This document shows positions 12,301 to 24,122 of a stretch of 64,000 nucleotides of DNA, one piece after another (position 1 is the stretch's first letter; every line of letters starts with the position of its first letter). This stretch comes from Sphaerodactylus townsendi (taxonomy: Eukaryota), in the NCBI RefSeq assembly GCF_021028975.2, contig NC_059431.1, positions 56,606,001 through 56,670,000 on the forward strand. The letters are read 5' to 3'. The translations under genes were made by a program, and so were the position numbers. The notes beneath the pieces are model-generated. The model saw nothing but the letters and a program-made list of their open reading frames with translations. It did not search any database and was not told the DNA's origin.

Positions 12301-15300
12301 AATAATGGGCCTGTATCACCCCAAATACTCATGGAGGATTGCTTGTTTGAAGGAGCTTCCAGGGAGGACTGCCAGCTCTGGCTTGGGAAGTTCCTGGCCA
12401 TTAGGGAGCAGAGCCTAGGTAGGGCGAGGTTTTGGCAGGGTAGAGTCCTCAGCAGCATATAATGCCACAGTGTCTGTTCTCCAATGTAGCTGTCTTCTCC
12501 AAAGGATCTGATATCTAACGTTTGGAGATGAGTAGTAATCCCAGAGGTCTCCATGCAAAAAAAGTCTTAATGTGTGGTATGTGGAAGCTTCCACTATTTA
12601 CGGATGTTCTGACATTGAGACAGTTCCAAATAAACAATTACTCCACAAACGAAGTGAACTGGTATAGGCCCTGTGCCACACATCCACCTAAATGTTTGAC
12701 TTTACTCAGAGAGAGGGGGGGGGGAGGGGGGGTCCTGACAAACTGTTCTATAACTGGGTCATATGTGGGCAAATCTAGGAAATGGACTATATTATATGTT
12801 TATACCCTGCCTTTCTCCACAATGGGGACATAAGGTGCTGACATTATTCTCTTCTCTTGGTATGTGACTGATACAAGGTCAGCCAACACGCTTCCAGGGC
12901 AAAGTGAGGAGTCAAATCCGAGTCTCCTGGATCATAGGCCAACACTCTGACCACTCTGCTATACTTTGCTTTAAGCAGGATTAAGAACTGTGCATGTCTG
13001 CTCCAGTGTGTATATAAGAAAATCACTGTAGGCCAGTTGCCAGCATGTGATCATATACATAGATCTGCACATTTTTGCAAAATTTCAAATTCTGTTCTAA
13101 CACTAAAGTCTGAACTGGCCTTAGCCTGATTCTAAAAGTAGTGAGTATTTAACAATCCCAAGCATAAAACTGGTGACAGAAGCCAATCACAGGCACTGAA
13201 GGAAGAAGGTCCAATGTGTACTCTATGAAATGACAGCTCTTCTAATTGCCACTATCTTGCTCACATTTACTTGACAGTCAACTTCACAAGATTGTTCCAC
13301 TTGTCAAGTTTCTCCAGTTTCCCTCCTCCCAAAAGCCAGGACACATGATTCTCTTATACATTAAGGATAAATTCATTCAGAAATCTTGGACTCTGATAGA
13401 TTAAATGTGTCTCTATTAAGAATTTTTACCTGGGGGTCAATTGTCAAATATTTGTGCATTTAGAACTGGAAATATTTGGATAAAATTTTGATTTGATTCT
13501 TAGTGGCTTACTAAATGGCAGCTTTGAGGCTATTGTGCAGTTTTGATACTGCAGCTATATTATTATAGTGATTGCAAATACAGTAATACTTTATGCATAT
13601 AATGCCATGAGATACTATGTAACTCTCCCTGGTACATGAGTCTGTACAAACGCCAAGGTCTGTGGGTTTTATAATAGCGTTTCTTTTCTTTATGTTCAAT
13701 CTGTGAGCCCAAAATAGTTGCAACTTGTTAGAAGCCTTCTTTTATCTTTTGTTTGTAATCTCAGTTGGATATGGCAAAAAATAAAGAGAAGCCCTAGAGT
13801 ACGAGCTGTCTAAAAATAGTAGGTTGGAGAGAGTAGGCAACTGTGGAACTCTAGTGGAATCACTGCTATAGCTGTGGCGAATGAAAACAAACAAGCTGGT
13901 ATTTATGTATAATATTGTCCTGACCAGCAATTCATCCACATTCCCACATCAAAGGTCAGTGCCTCAGCACCTTCCATCTAATACACTGGAGTGCTTTTCT
14001 CTTCCTGCTGTAATGTGAATTCATTTTATTGCAGTGATGTGTAGCTTGTTTTTCCAAGAAGTTTGTTTAAAGAGTCCAATTAATCAGAAGCATTCTAGTA
14101 ACTGGATAGCTGCAACTCAAACCATTCCAAAATATTTACTATCCAGCCAGTAGATATGGCTGTTGGAAGCAACTAACAGAAGTTTTAAAGACACATCTCC
14201 AAAAGCTCCAGTGCAGGCCAAATGGGAATGATTCTTAGCTAGCGACAAGCCCCAGAAAACAACAGAGAGAGTTCCTGACAAATAACAACGGGGCATCTGT
14301 AACTTTGGTCAATAAAATCTGGACCACTGAGGACACTGAACTTGATTCCCGTTGTTCCAATCTTGGCAGAATATTTTAGTTACCCTTAGTACAAAGTCTG
14401 ATAACTGCCACCAGATTTTCACCCAAGAGTGCTTATTCCTCCCCCCACTCCTCATAAAGGCAGACTCTTTTCCTAAAAAATAACTTTTAAAAATTGTCTT
14501 TAGAACAACAGCAATCCAGCCACCACAGCCAATGGGAAAACTGAGAACACAGTGTGGTTTCCTCAATGGGAGTCTATCGTCATCTTGTTTTCTAATATAA
14601 TGTCGACCAGATGGCAATGAAATAAACCCACAAATGCTGGCATAAATAGAGATGGGAGAGAGGCTTGGTAAATGAAATATGATGTGATTTTGGAAGGGAT
14701 GAAGAGGAAATTGCTAATTGGGATATAAAATTTCAATGACTAAATGTGCTATGGTGAGGAGATAGACCATAAGTTGTAAATGCAGTGAACATGGCAACTA
14801 TTTTGAGTCTCACATTTTGAAACGATGCCCACTGTGGTTGGGTGGGAAGCTGCCCACTTCCACTTCCACAGCTTTGGAATCAATAGTGTTCAGTTCAGAA
14901 TGCCAGTTTTTTGTTTTCCAGAAGGGTGATTTTGATTTAGTTTTACAGTCACTATTTTTAAGGGGAAAAAGCTGGAGTTCCTATGTGTTAAAAATGTCTC
15001 TGCCCTTGCCACCCTTCCAGGGCTCTTCCTTCCAAGACTTTTCAATTGGGGGTATTTAAAGTTGTTTTGGACCTTACTACTGGAAAGGGGAAAGAAAGCT
15101 GAGCATTGCATGTTGCTGAATAATAAATGGTAAAACCCCTTTAAATAATGTTGCCTCAAAATATATTTACCCAAATATAGGCATTGAAATCTGATCCAAT
15201 AGATAACATTCAAAACAAAATTCTATCCTGTACCTGACAAAGTGAGCTTTGACTGATAGAAATATACACCTTGGAAAATATAGTTGGTTTCTAAGGTGTT

Positions 15301-15302
15301 AC

Positions 15303-15507
15303 CAGCTGAATAGTCCTAGCTTGTCAGAGCTTGAGCTCTAAACAGGATCAGTCATAGTCAGTACTTGGATAGGAAACCACCAAGAAAGACGAGTTATTAC
15401 GTGGAAGAAGGCAATAGCAAAATCACCTCTGCATTTGTTTTGGCTGAAATGCTCCATGGAAGGGGATTGCTATGAGTCAGTTCCAATTCAATGGCACATC
15501 CCTTTTC
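15303..15507 (+). mobile_element. Old 5S rRNA-derived SINE (5S-Sauria-like) inserted into a Penelope end
   Basis: Degenerate 5S head (agtacttggataggaaaccacc) and RTE-like tail (aggcaatagcaaaatcacctctg). 14-bp TSD ttctaaggtgYtac at 15289-15302 and 15508-15521. Confidence 0.7.
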
Positions 15508-15632
15508 TTCTAAGGTGCTACTGAACTCAATTTTACTCAAACAATAGCCCTGATTGTCTAAGTTATTTATGATATAACATCAGCTGTGCAAACAGACTTT
15601 AGTTACAGCAGTATGTACTACAGTGCTGGCTA

Positions 15633-15857
15633 CCCTGTTTCCCCGAATATAAGACATCCCCTGAAAATAAGACGTAGTAGAGGTTTTGCTGAAGTGCGAA
15701 ATATAAGGCATCCCCCGAAAGTAAGACGTAGCAAAGTTTTTGTTTGGAAGCATGCCCAACGAACAGAAAAATAAGACATCCCCTGAAAATAAGACATAGC
15801 GCATCTTTGGGAGCAAAAATTAATATAAGACATTGTCTTATTTTCGGGGAAGCACGG
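15633..15857. mobile_element. Complete Tc1/mariner-type MITE
   Basis: TA|ccctgtttccccgaatataagac ... gtcttattttcggggaagcacgg|TA: imperfect TIRs with a TA target duplication. Confidence 0.85.
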
Positions 15858-18800
15858 TAATACCATCTCCTTGAATAATTGTGTGTCTTTAAGATTGGTA
15901 GGATGGCCAGCAATTCAGTCCATACTGCTTTTCTTAGAACTGAGGCAAAAAAAGCACCTCCTGGTTAATTATTTTTTGCCACATAGTTGTGAAAGGCATA
16001 AACAGATTTATATTGCCAGGTTACTTTTTCCTGATTAATGTTATCCTGTGCAAGTCCTATTTTGCACACAATGCAAAAGCCAAATTCAGTTTTATTGCAT
16101 CCAGTACCTCTGAAGCATTTGTGCTGTGCTATGGATAGCAACTGGCCGAGCAAACCTGGCTTGCTCTTTTGGTTTGATTTGTGGGCAAATCAGGAATTGG
16201 ATGAAGCTTTTACAGTATTATGATAAATGTTGTAATCTGCTAAATTATACAGGAAACTGTTACAGGCACAAGTGTACACCACAGTATATTAAATACTATT
16301 GTATATGGAACAACTAGCATTTAAATTAGTCATTCACTCCTGGCTTTTACAGCGATGGGGGGCAGGAGAGAATTCCACCAGATGCATAAAAACCCTTGGG
16401 GACATATAACTCTCTGGGATTTCCATAGATGTCACAGGCAAATGTATGTAAAACAGTCTGCTCACCCTTTCCTTCCCTAAAATTTTGGGAAGGAACAACC
16501 TAGAGCAGAGGAAAAGTGGGAATAATAAATAATACTTTGCATCTAAATATCATAATATGCAAACTAATGTTAATCCCCCCTTAAAAAAAAGTTAACAGAA
16601 AAGAGCACATAGAATAGAATAGTTACTTCAGATAGTCAAAAAAAAAGATAAAGAGATCTTCTTGGAGTACTTTGCCTTCTGAAGTGAGGTAGGTTTCTTC
16701 CAGGGATAGGTCGTGCTCTCTTGCAGTTCCTTCCCAGAGTCTTTTGTACCCAGCTTGCCTATTCGGTGTCAAGTCAAAAGGTTTTTCTTTTCTCAGGTTT
16801 TTTATTGAGTTTTTTTTTCATCTTTCTACTCCCACCTTTGAGTCATGCTTTGCTTTTCACTGTCCCTTTTATTATTTGGGCATTAATGACTGATTGTTAT
16901 TGATGCTTTAAATTGTTGTTTTTATTCCAGTTATTTTTATCACTATCTTTTTATTGTTTTTAACAGCAGCAGTTTCATATTGCTTTGTGTCTTACTGAAT
17001 CAGTAGCAGGATACCAGCTGATTTAAATTAATCCAATAAAGAGTTAAAGCAGCATGAATGTAATTTGATAAATGCCAAGAAAAATGAATTCCTTTATAGT
17101 TTCCTCTTTGTAGAACCACATATGAGGATGTCTTGCTTTTTTAATATATATATCTTTCAACTCTAAATCCTGTGCTTAGTTCTGTTCAAGCTTTGTACAT
17201 GTTTTAGGGCCTTTCTACTATGCCTTGGATGAGCTAAAATACATCCAGCTGTTTGTTGTTGGAGAGCTCCTTGTTGCTGGAAGGAGCTCAATTAATATAC
17301 ACTCACATGAATATGATTTATTGCCAGGATGCAGACAGGCAGCCTGATTCAAACAGAGGGTGGGGGTGGGCAGGGAGTCGAGCAGTGGCTGGCAACAGTG
17401 CAGTGGTGCTGCCTCCAAAGGGGGAATCAGCAGCATGGGCACCAGCGAAGAGGGAGAAAGAGGGTCGCCCATTCTCTCGTGGGACTTAAACCATGTGTTT
17501 TGCATGCGTAAGTCTGCACCACTGGCAGGGGCATTCCTAGCCCAAAAGTGCATTGGGAGCTGACTAAAGTTGGCTCCACCTCCAGGAATGCCCCCTGGAA
17601 CACTGCTATAGCCATTTGTCACAGTGGCGAGCAGCTGTACGGCCCAGGTTCTGGGTTTGGGTGCTATGGCATCTGACCCGCTGGGATAAGTCCCTCCACA
17701 CTGGCATCCATGCCACTGTATACAGTGTTGGTGGCATGGATGCCAGTGTAACCCTTCCATCACGTCCAATGCAGCTGCAGCCCTTTGCCCCCCCGGGGTT
17801 GGAATGCACAGTAATTGTTCTGCATTATCAACATCATGAATCCAATTGCAAAGGTGGTGAAAGGTGGTCAAAGCATCCACCTGCTTATCCAGCAATAGGC
17901 CTGGGTCTAATAACATTATGGGCCTGTTCCTTCAAGGGGAGTATAATTCTATCCAGAATGGGTGACACCTAAAAATCCTGGATCAGACCTTCTGCTCATC
18001 AGGAGGACTTCTGTTTCATTGGGATTAAACTTCATTTTGATCTATATGCCTTTAAAACCATGCAAGGAAGGAAAGTCCAATTAGTAAAAATCTTTACATT
18101 CTCCTTCATTTCACCATAAGTACAGTGAGAAGTCACTGAACTGCTTAAGCAGCCCTTGATTAACTTGTCCAGATAATTAATAGTCATATGTCTTCTTTAG
18201 CATATCCTCTGAGATTCTCGAAAAACTCTAATAAACTCTCAGAAAGCAAAGCAAGCCAAACAGGCCAGGAAGAGCAGCCATTTGCTCCCAGAATTAATCA
18301 TCTCATTTTAGAACTTGTTATTGATAAGGGTTAATGCTGAGAATTTGATGAAGTCTAGCTTAATGGAAAATCAAAAACAAAGAATATGGCACTTATGGTA
18401 TATGTTGTGTACCTGGAGACTGACAGCAACACAGCTGCTGAGAAGTTAACTTGCTTTTCAGACAGATGTATGATAAAAAGACCCTTTGTCATATTGTATC
18501 TTTGAGAAAGAATCAGAAGACTAAAAAACTCCCAAGATGATGGGGAGGTATACAATTTATGCAGAAAGGATGTCCCCCCCTCCACCTCTGGTTCCAGGAC
18601 CTTGAACAAATTTAGTGAACATGAAATCATTTAAGCCAGAGGCAACGCCTCTCACAGCAATTTACAGTACAGAGTCAGTAGTGATAGCTACTCTTCCTTT
18701 TCATGTCGTCTTGACATGAACATTCATCTGGCGATAACAAGCCACTTCAATCTCTAACATGTTGATAGGTTCAAAAGGTTGTACTCAAAGGGAGAGGCAA

Positions 18801-19080
18801 ACTGAATAGGAGGGGGGAGGGGGAAGCCCCTGGATAACTAGGGAGACAAACGTGCCTCTATATAAGTAACTATGTAAACAAGATCAGAGAAAATGAGCAA
18901 GGAACTGTTCCTAAAACACACTGGAGCTATATTCCTTCACACAGTTACTTAGAGCTAAGCACCATAACACACAGTGGGACTTCTGCATAAATACAGTTGC
19001 CTATCAATACAAAGGCTGTTGATGCTAGATAAATCTCCTAGTTAAGGTGTTTACAAAAGAGCTAAGAACATCGATCTGCC

Positions 19081-19501
19081 TAGAAGTAGAAACGTTTGGG
19101 TTTATTCCCACCTTTCTCTCCTGTAAGGAAACTAAAAGGGGCTTACAAACTCTTCCCCTCCTCTTTTTACAACAGACACCTTGTAAAATAGGTGGAGCTG
19201 AGAGAGTTCTGAAGACTAGTTCAGAGGGCCAAACTAGAATCCATGGCTCTCCATCAGCCCCTACCAGCATGGCCAATTGGCCATGCTGACAGAGGCTGAT
19301 GGGAATTGTAGTTCCTGAACATCTGGAGAGCCGCAGGTTCCCTACCCCTGGACTAGTCTAAGGTCACCCAGCAGGAATGCAAGAGTGGGGAAACAAATCT
19401 GGTTTACCAGATAAGACTCTGCCACTCAGGTGGAGGAGAGAGGAATCAGACCTGGTTCTCCAGATTAGAATCCACCTGCTCTTAACCACAGTGCCATGCT
19501 G
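19081..19501 (-). mobile_element. tRNA/L2-type squamate SINE (Squam3-like), interrupted by a hAT MITE
   Basis: Minus strand begins ccagcatggcactgtggttaagagcagg (tRNA-like head, duplicated B-box-like segment) and ends in a tgtaagcc...aaaggtgggaataaa tail. Confidence 0.75.
19222..19350. mobile_element. hAT-type MITE nested in the SINE
   Basis: CAG...CTG ends; 8-bp TSD gactagtt/gactagtc (7/8); internal palindrome ccatcagcc..cagcatggccaattggccatgctg..ggctgatgg. Confidence 0.8.
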
Positions 19502-21919
19502 GATAGTCAACTTTATCATGAGAAAGTGGAAATAAAAGTTTAATTAACCTAAAAACTATGCAGCATGCTTTGAAGTGGGGCAGCAATGATCAGAAAATGA
19601 ATGATAAATGTTTGTACCATAATTTTATTTAATCATTTAGGTATCTTCATTATGTGCCCAATTGATGAACTGATTATTTGAATGGCTGTTGAGGCTTCTG
19701 ATAATTTTACTAATTCATGTGGTACGTTAATAGTTCATGCCTATAACTGCCAAGACTGTAGGGATAGCTCAGTTTTTACTTTCCTTGATCTTAAATTGGC
19801 TTAACAAGCCTTAATTCTGTACTTAATGGAGGCTTTTGTCCGTTGCAGCACATATTTTACTCTTAATTGTTGACATTCTCTGTTTCATGCTTATGGTGCA
19901 TTCTGTGCTAGTGGGGAGAAGTCCAGTAAACTCTGTGATGGGTGAAATACTGGGAAGGGTCTGCTTACTGTCTCCTCCCAATGCAGGATATCCTGCCTCA
20001 GGGCAAGGAAGGGAACTGGTGTTCTTTGATTCTGAACAGGCTGTTAAGTTATTTTTGCATGTCAATCACAGCCAAACACAACAACAGGTCAAAAAAAATG
20101 ATCATGTCACTCTTTGAAGATGTCAGAATAAGCTACTTGAAAGCATTTTCCGATCCAGCGTCACAGGCTTTTATTAAACAGGGCAAAATCTCTACTCAGA
20201 GCTGTGTTACTCAAGAGGACAACTAGCATGAAAAATTAATCAGAATCCCACTGAGAAACAGCCCAAGGCATCACTTCTGACTTGTCCATATTTAAGCAAA
20301 CCAGAGAGTGTCCTTTGAGAGTTTTGCAATATGGACATGAATGTTTTATGGAGGAAAAGCTGGATATTGTCTCAACAGTGTGCCTTTTGGTGTGAATTTA
20401 ATTTGAGCAGTGATGTTCTAAATCTCAGAAGACTTTTTCAAACAATTGAGGGGACAGGTCATATTAACAGGCTGGCAAAGAATACAATTGCTTTGCGCCA
20501 CTTGCAGAAAGTCTGCAGACATAGAACAACAGTGTGATGGCAGCTAGACAATACAGCCAGAAATTAAATGGTTACAGTTTTGCTAGCAAATTACTCAAAT
20601 GTCTTTCCTGCATTGAGCGTCAGTCAATAACGCTGCTGCTGGCTTGCTTAATGAGATGTTTGTATTTGGCAAACTCTTTGCAATGATCGGTTGGTATACA
20701 TGAGTTGGAATAGGGCTGGAGGGGGTAAAACTGGTTAGTGCTTTTATTAGTATTGTGCTAGTGGAGCAGCTAATGGCACTAATATGCACAAACTTCTTTA
20801 TTTTAGATATTTCTCTTGCTGCCCTTTTGAAGTAGTTAGAATGCTTCCAAACAGTAACATCGTCATAGCAGTTATAGAGCTTGGTTTTGAAGTATGCCCC
20901 AGAGTGATCTGTGGAAGTACAAGCAGGAGATTCAAACGTACAATAAGCTTTTGTTCATTTTTTCCTGAGTAGCACTGCATCTTTAAATGCCCCTGATTTG
21001 AGGTCTAAATGTTATGTTTGATGCGTAAAAGATCATACATAGGTACAGTATTCACCCTTACTTTGGGAGAAGAAGAATCCTTTATTGTTCTGGAATGAAA
21101 AACAGTTCTTAATTTTGGAAGACAGAAGTTCCCAAGTCTCTCTCTCTCTCCCCCCACCCCCCCACCCCCCATATTTGCTAGTCTTACATCCATGCCAAGG
21201 TGGTGACACTGCAATACTGCTGGGATATCATGGATTGATAGCAGGAGAGCCCTGGGGGTGGATTAGATAGGAGGTGAATACACACAGTCTTTTGCTGAAT
21301 GAAACTTACTACTGGGTCTAGCTGGTAAACTTAACATCACTGTTGTGCTTCCAAGTGCACAATCTTACTACACTGTCTCACCTGAACAGAAATTCAGGAA
21401 GGCCCAGGAACAGTAAGGTTATCCTTATAATCTGGAAGGGCAGTACCAAGAAGTTTACCCAGTGGTTACATTCATGCTGTGATGTGGTCATCAGCATTCC
21501 CTAATTCTTGGCTGGTTGATATCATGCTGCCCTCATTATAATTCATTTGCTATATGAGTAAGGATGTAGCCCTAAGATAATCAAAGGTAAGAGGTCTCCA
21601 GACTAATTCTATGTGGAAGAAAAGCAAAGTTCTTGATTAAATATAGGGTAACTCTATAACAGAATGAGACTGGATGGAATCTGCTGTTCTTATTTCCAGA
21701 TAAACTGTTCAACTGATATTCAGTTATTTATTATTGCTTCATTTCTACTTGGCCTTTCTCCTCAGAAGGGACTCAAAACTGCTTACACTCTTCTCCATTT
21801 TATCTTCACATCAAAACCTGTAAGGTAAGTAATGTTGACAGAATATGTGTCACTGACCTATGTCACCAACAAGTTTCCATGGCCAAATGGAGATCTGAAC
21901 CTGAGTGTCCCAGATCTTA

Positions 21920-22568
21920 TGATGATAAAGCGCGACTGAGAATTACCTTGGACGCTGTTGCTGCCTGGGAGTGGGGAGGGAGAGCGGCACCCAACCCAAC
22001 AAGCTGAGCCATTCTGCTGCAAGCGTGAGAAGGTGGCGTGGCCGGAAGGGGTGGGGGCTGAGGCCTTATATGGGCAGACCAGTCCTTCCCGTGCCTCTTC
22101 TTGCTTGGGACTCTGATGGCTTCTCCCGCTCACCCTCCTACGTTTCTCAGCTTTTGGCATTGCACTTTTGTTACGTTTGCTTTTGTTGTTACTTACATTT
22201 CATTTGTCACAGCCTGGAAGGTTGTGCATGGGGACTGATCCGTTCAGGGGAGGAGGAACCTGCGTGCCGGGCCTCCCCTTTTGATGGGGGCCTCCATAAG
22301 AGGCCTGGGGAGTGGAGTGAGCATGTGTACCTCTTGCCCAGGTGGGGGCTGCAGGGCAGCAAGGGCAGCTCATCCAGAGACCAGTGCCCAAATGGCTCCC
22401 ACTATCTTGCTGCTCTGGGAATTGGTGCAGATCTGTTCCCTATGCTGCACCTCTGTTTTCTTTAGCCAGCATATTAATAAACAGGTGGTGGCCAAATTTT
22501 ATTCTATGCAACTGGTTTCTGTGTCTTGCTTTTCCACACCCTGTATCTCCTCCCCTCCTTGGGCAGCA
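21920..22568 (+). mobile_element. LTR-like segment (solo LTR or DIRS/Ngaro-type repeat); boundaries uncertain
   Basis: GC-rich block with a TATA-like ccttatatggg (~22063) and AATAAA (22476) followed by gtggtggccaaatttt. No convincing TSD. Confidence 0.4.
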
Positions 22569-22922
22569 AAGATGCACCAGGGATGTAATCATGCTTCAAC
22601 TAATAAAGACCAGAGATGCCATGGATTGCAAGTACCTAGTTAACAAACGTCTATTTGTTCATTGTACTTGGTACACCTAAATCTGTTTCTTGTAGTACCC
22701 AGTCTATGCCTTGTAGAAATATAGTTGTTTAATTAGAGAGAGTCTGTGCAGGTCCTTACCCACCTGCCTTGGCTCCTTGGCATGCTACAATGATACACTC
22801 TCAAGGAGTTGACCTTGGGCTACCCATGGGAGAGAGAGAGGCTGGATTTTACCCAAGGTGGCGGTGGCAACAGTAAAGTGGAAGGCAGGCCAGTGCCTCA
22901 TAAGGTGACAGAGACAATCACA

Positions 22923-23430
22923 GGCCGTTTCCGCACGGAGGCGGAAACGGCTAGGTCGGCGCATTTTGCGCTGACCCGACGACGCTGGGACCGTCCACAC
23001 GGACGGTCCCAGAAAGAACCGGGGAGACGGTGCCGCTGGGCGCTGTCGCCCGGTCGCCTTACCTGCTCTCCGGCCCTCCGGCGCGTCGTTGGGGCCTGGG
23101 GGCACGCCTCCCCTGCCCTGCGCGCCTGCTTCCGGGCCACAGAGCAGGGGTGTGTGTCCCCAGGCCCCGGCGACGCACCGGAGGGCAGGTAAGGGAAGCG
23201 AGGGGGTGGGGGGGGGGAAGCGCCGGGAAGCTGCCGCCGTTCGCACGGCAGCGGCTTCCAGCCGGCATTTCCCCAACAAGAGCGCTTCCCAGCGCTCTGG
23301 GAAAATGCCAGCGTGGGGACGGGCGGGCTGCGCGGCTGCGATGCAGCTGCGCCCCCTGTGCGAATGGCGGCCTGGGGACGGCGTTTTTGCCATCCCCAGG
23401 CTGCCATATTCCGCCCGTGCGGAAACGGCC
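22923..23430. mobile_element. Young CpG-rich PIF/Harbinger-type MITE
   Basis: Perfect 16-bp TIR ggccgtttccgcacgg / ccgtgcggaaacggcc, with 3-bp flanks ACA/ACA. Confidence 0.85.
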
Positions 23431-23986
23431 ACAGTGACTTTGAATCAGTCACACTCTCTCAGTCTAACATAACTCACTAGATTGCTGTGACGATAAAATG
23501 GAGGTGAGGAGAACCATGAAGTAGCTCCCACAGAGCATTTCCATGGAAGAGTTTTACAAATGGAGTGTACATTTTTCTCTTCTCTCTTCCTACAGAAGTA
23601 TAAAGTGCCCCTGAAAATGCTGATCCTGGGGAACAGCCTTTCACAGGGCATTTGGGCCTGCAGTAGGAGCCAAGAACGTCATGCTCTGTGAGCAGAATCC
23701 ATCTGTCTGCAGGAAATACTTTACAGGATCAACCACTTAGAGGAAGGATGGAATAAAAATATGTTACTGAAAACAAAAAAAACAGTGACAATCGCTTTTG
23801 CAGCTTACTTTGATGGCATGGATAAGCAAAAGAATTGGAGAAGAAACCCAAGTTTTACTGCGTACACCAATTTAATCAGGTAAAGCCCTGGCAATTTCAG
23901 ATACACCAGGACATGACAATTCTAAATTACTGTATTGCCTGTAGAATTTACAGAACAAAACCACATCTCTGAATTAGGGGGCTATC

Positions 23987-24122
23987 CACTGGTGGGATTC
24001 AAATAATTTAACAACCAGTTTCAGTGGTGGGATTCAAATAATTTAACAACTGGCTGTTTAGAAGCACCATTTTAGCAACCGGTTCTGCCAAAGTAGTGTG
24101 AACCTGCTGAATCCCACCACTG
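23987..24122. mobile_element. 136-bp hAT MITE (CAGTGGTGGGATTCA family)
   Basis: 15-bp TIRs; 8-bp TSD gggctatc/gggatatc. Confidence 0.88.

Noticed and set aside
17218-17972. 232-aa ORF and overlapping ORFs
   Set aside because: GC-rich, probably repeat-derived block that is open in several frames on both strands, with no recognisable domain.
22785-23472. Stack of 127-215 aa ORFs, or a CpG-island promoter of a nested gene
   Set aside because: Almost entirely explained by a GC-rich MITE with perfect TIRs.
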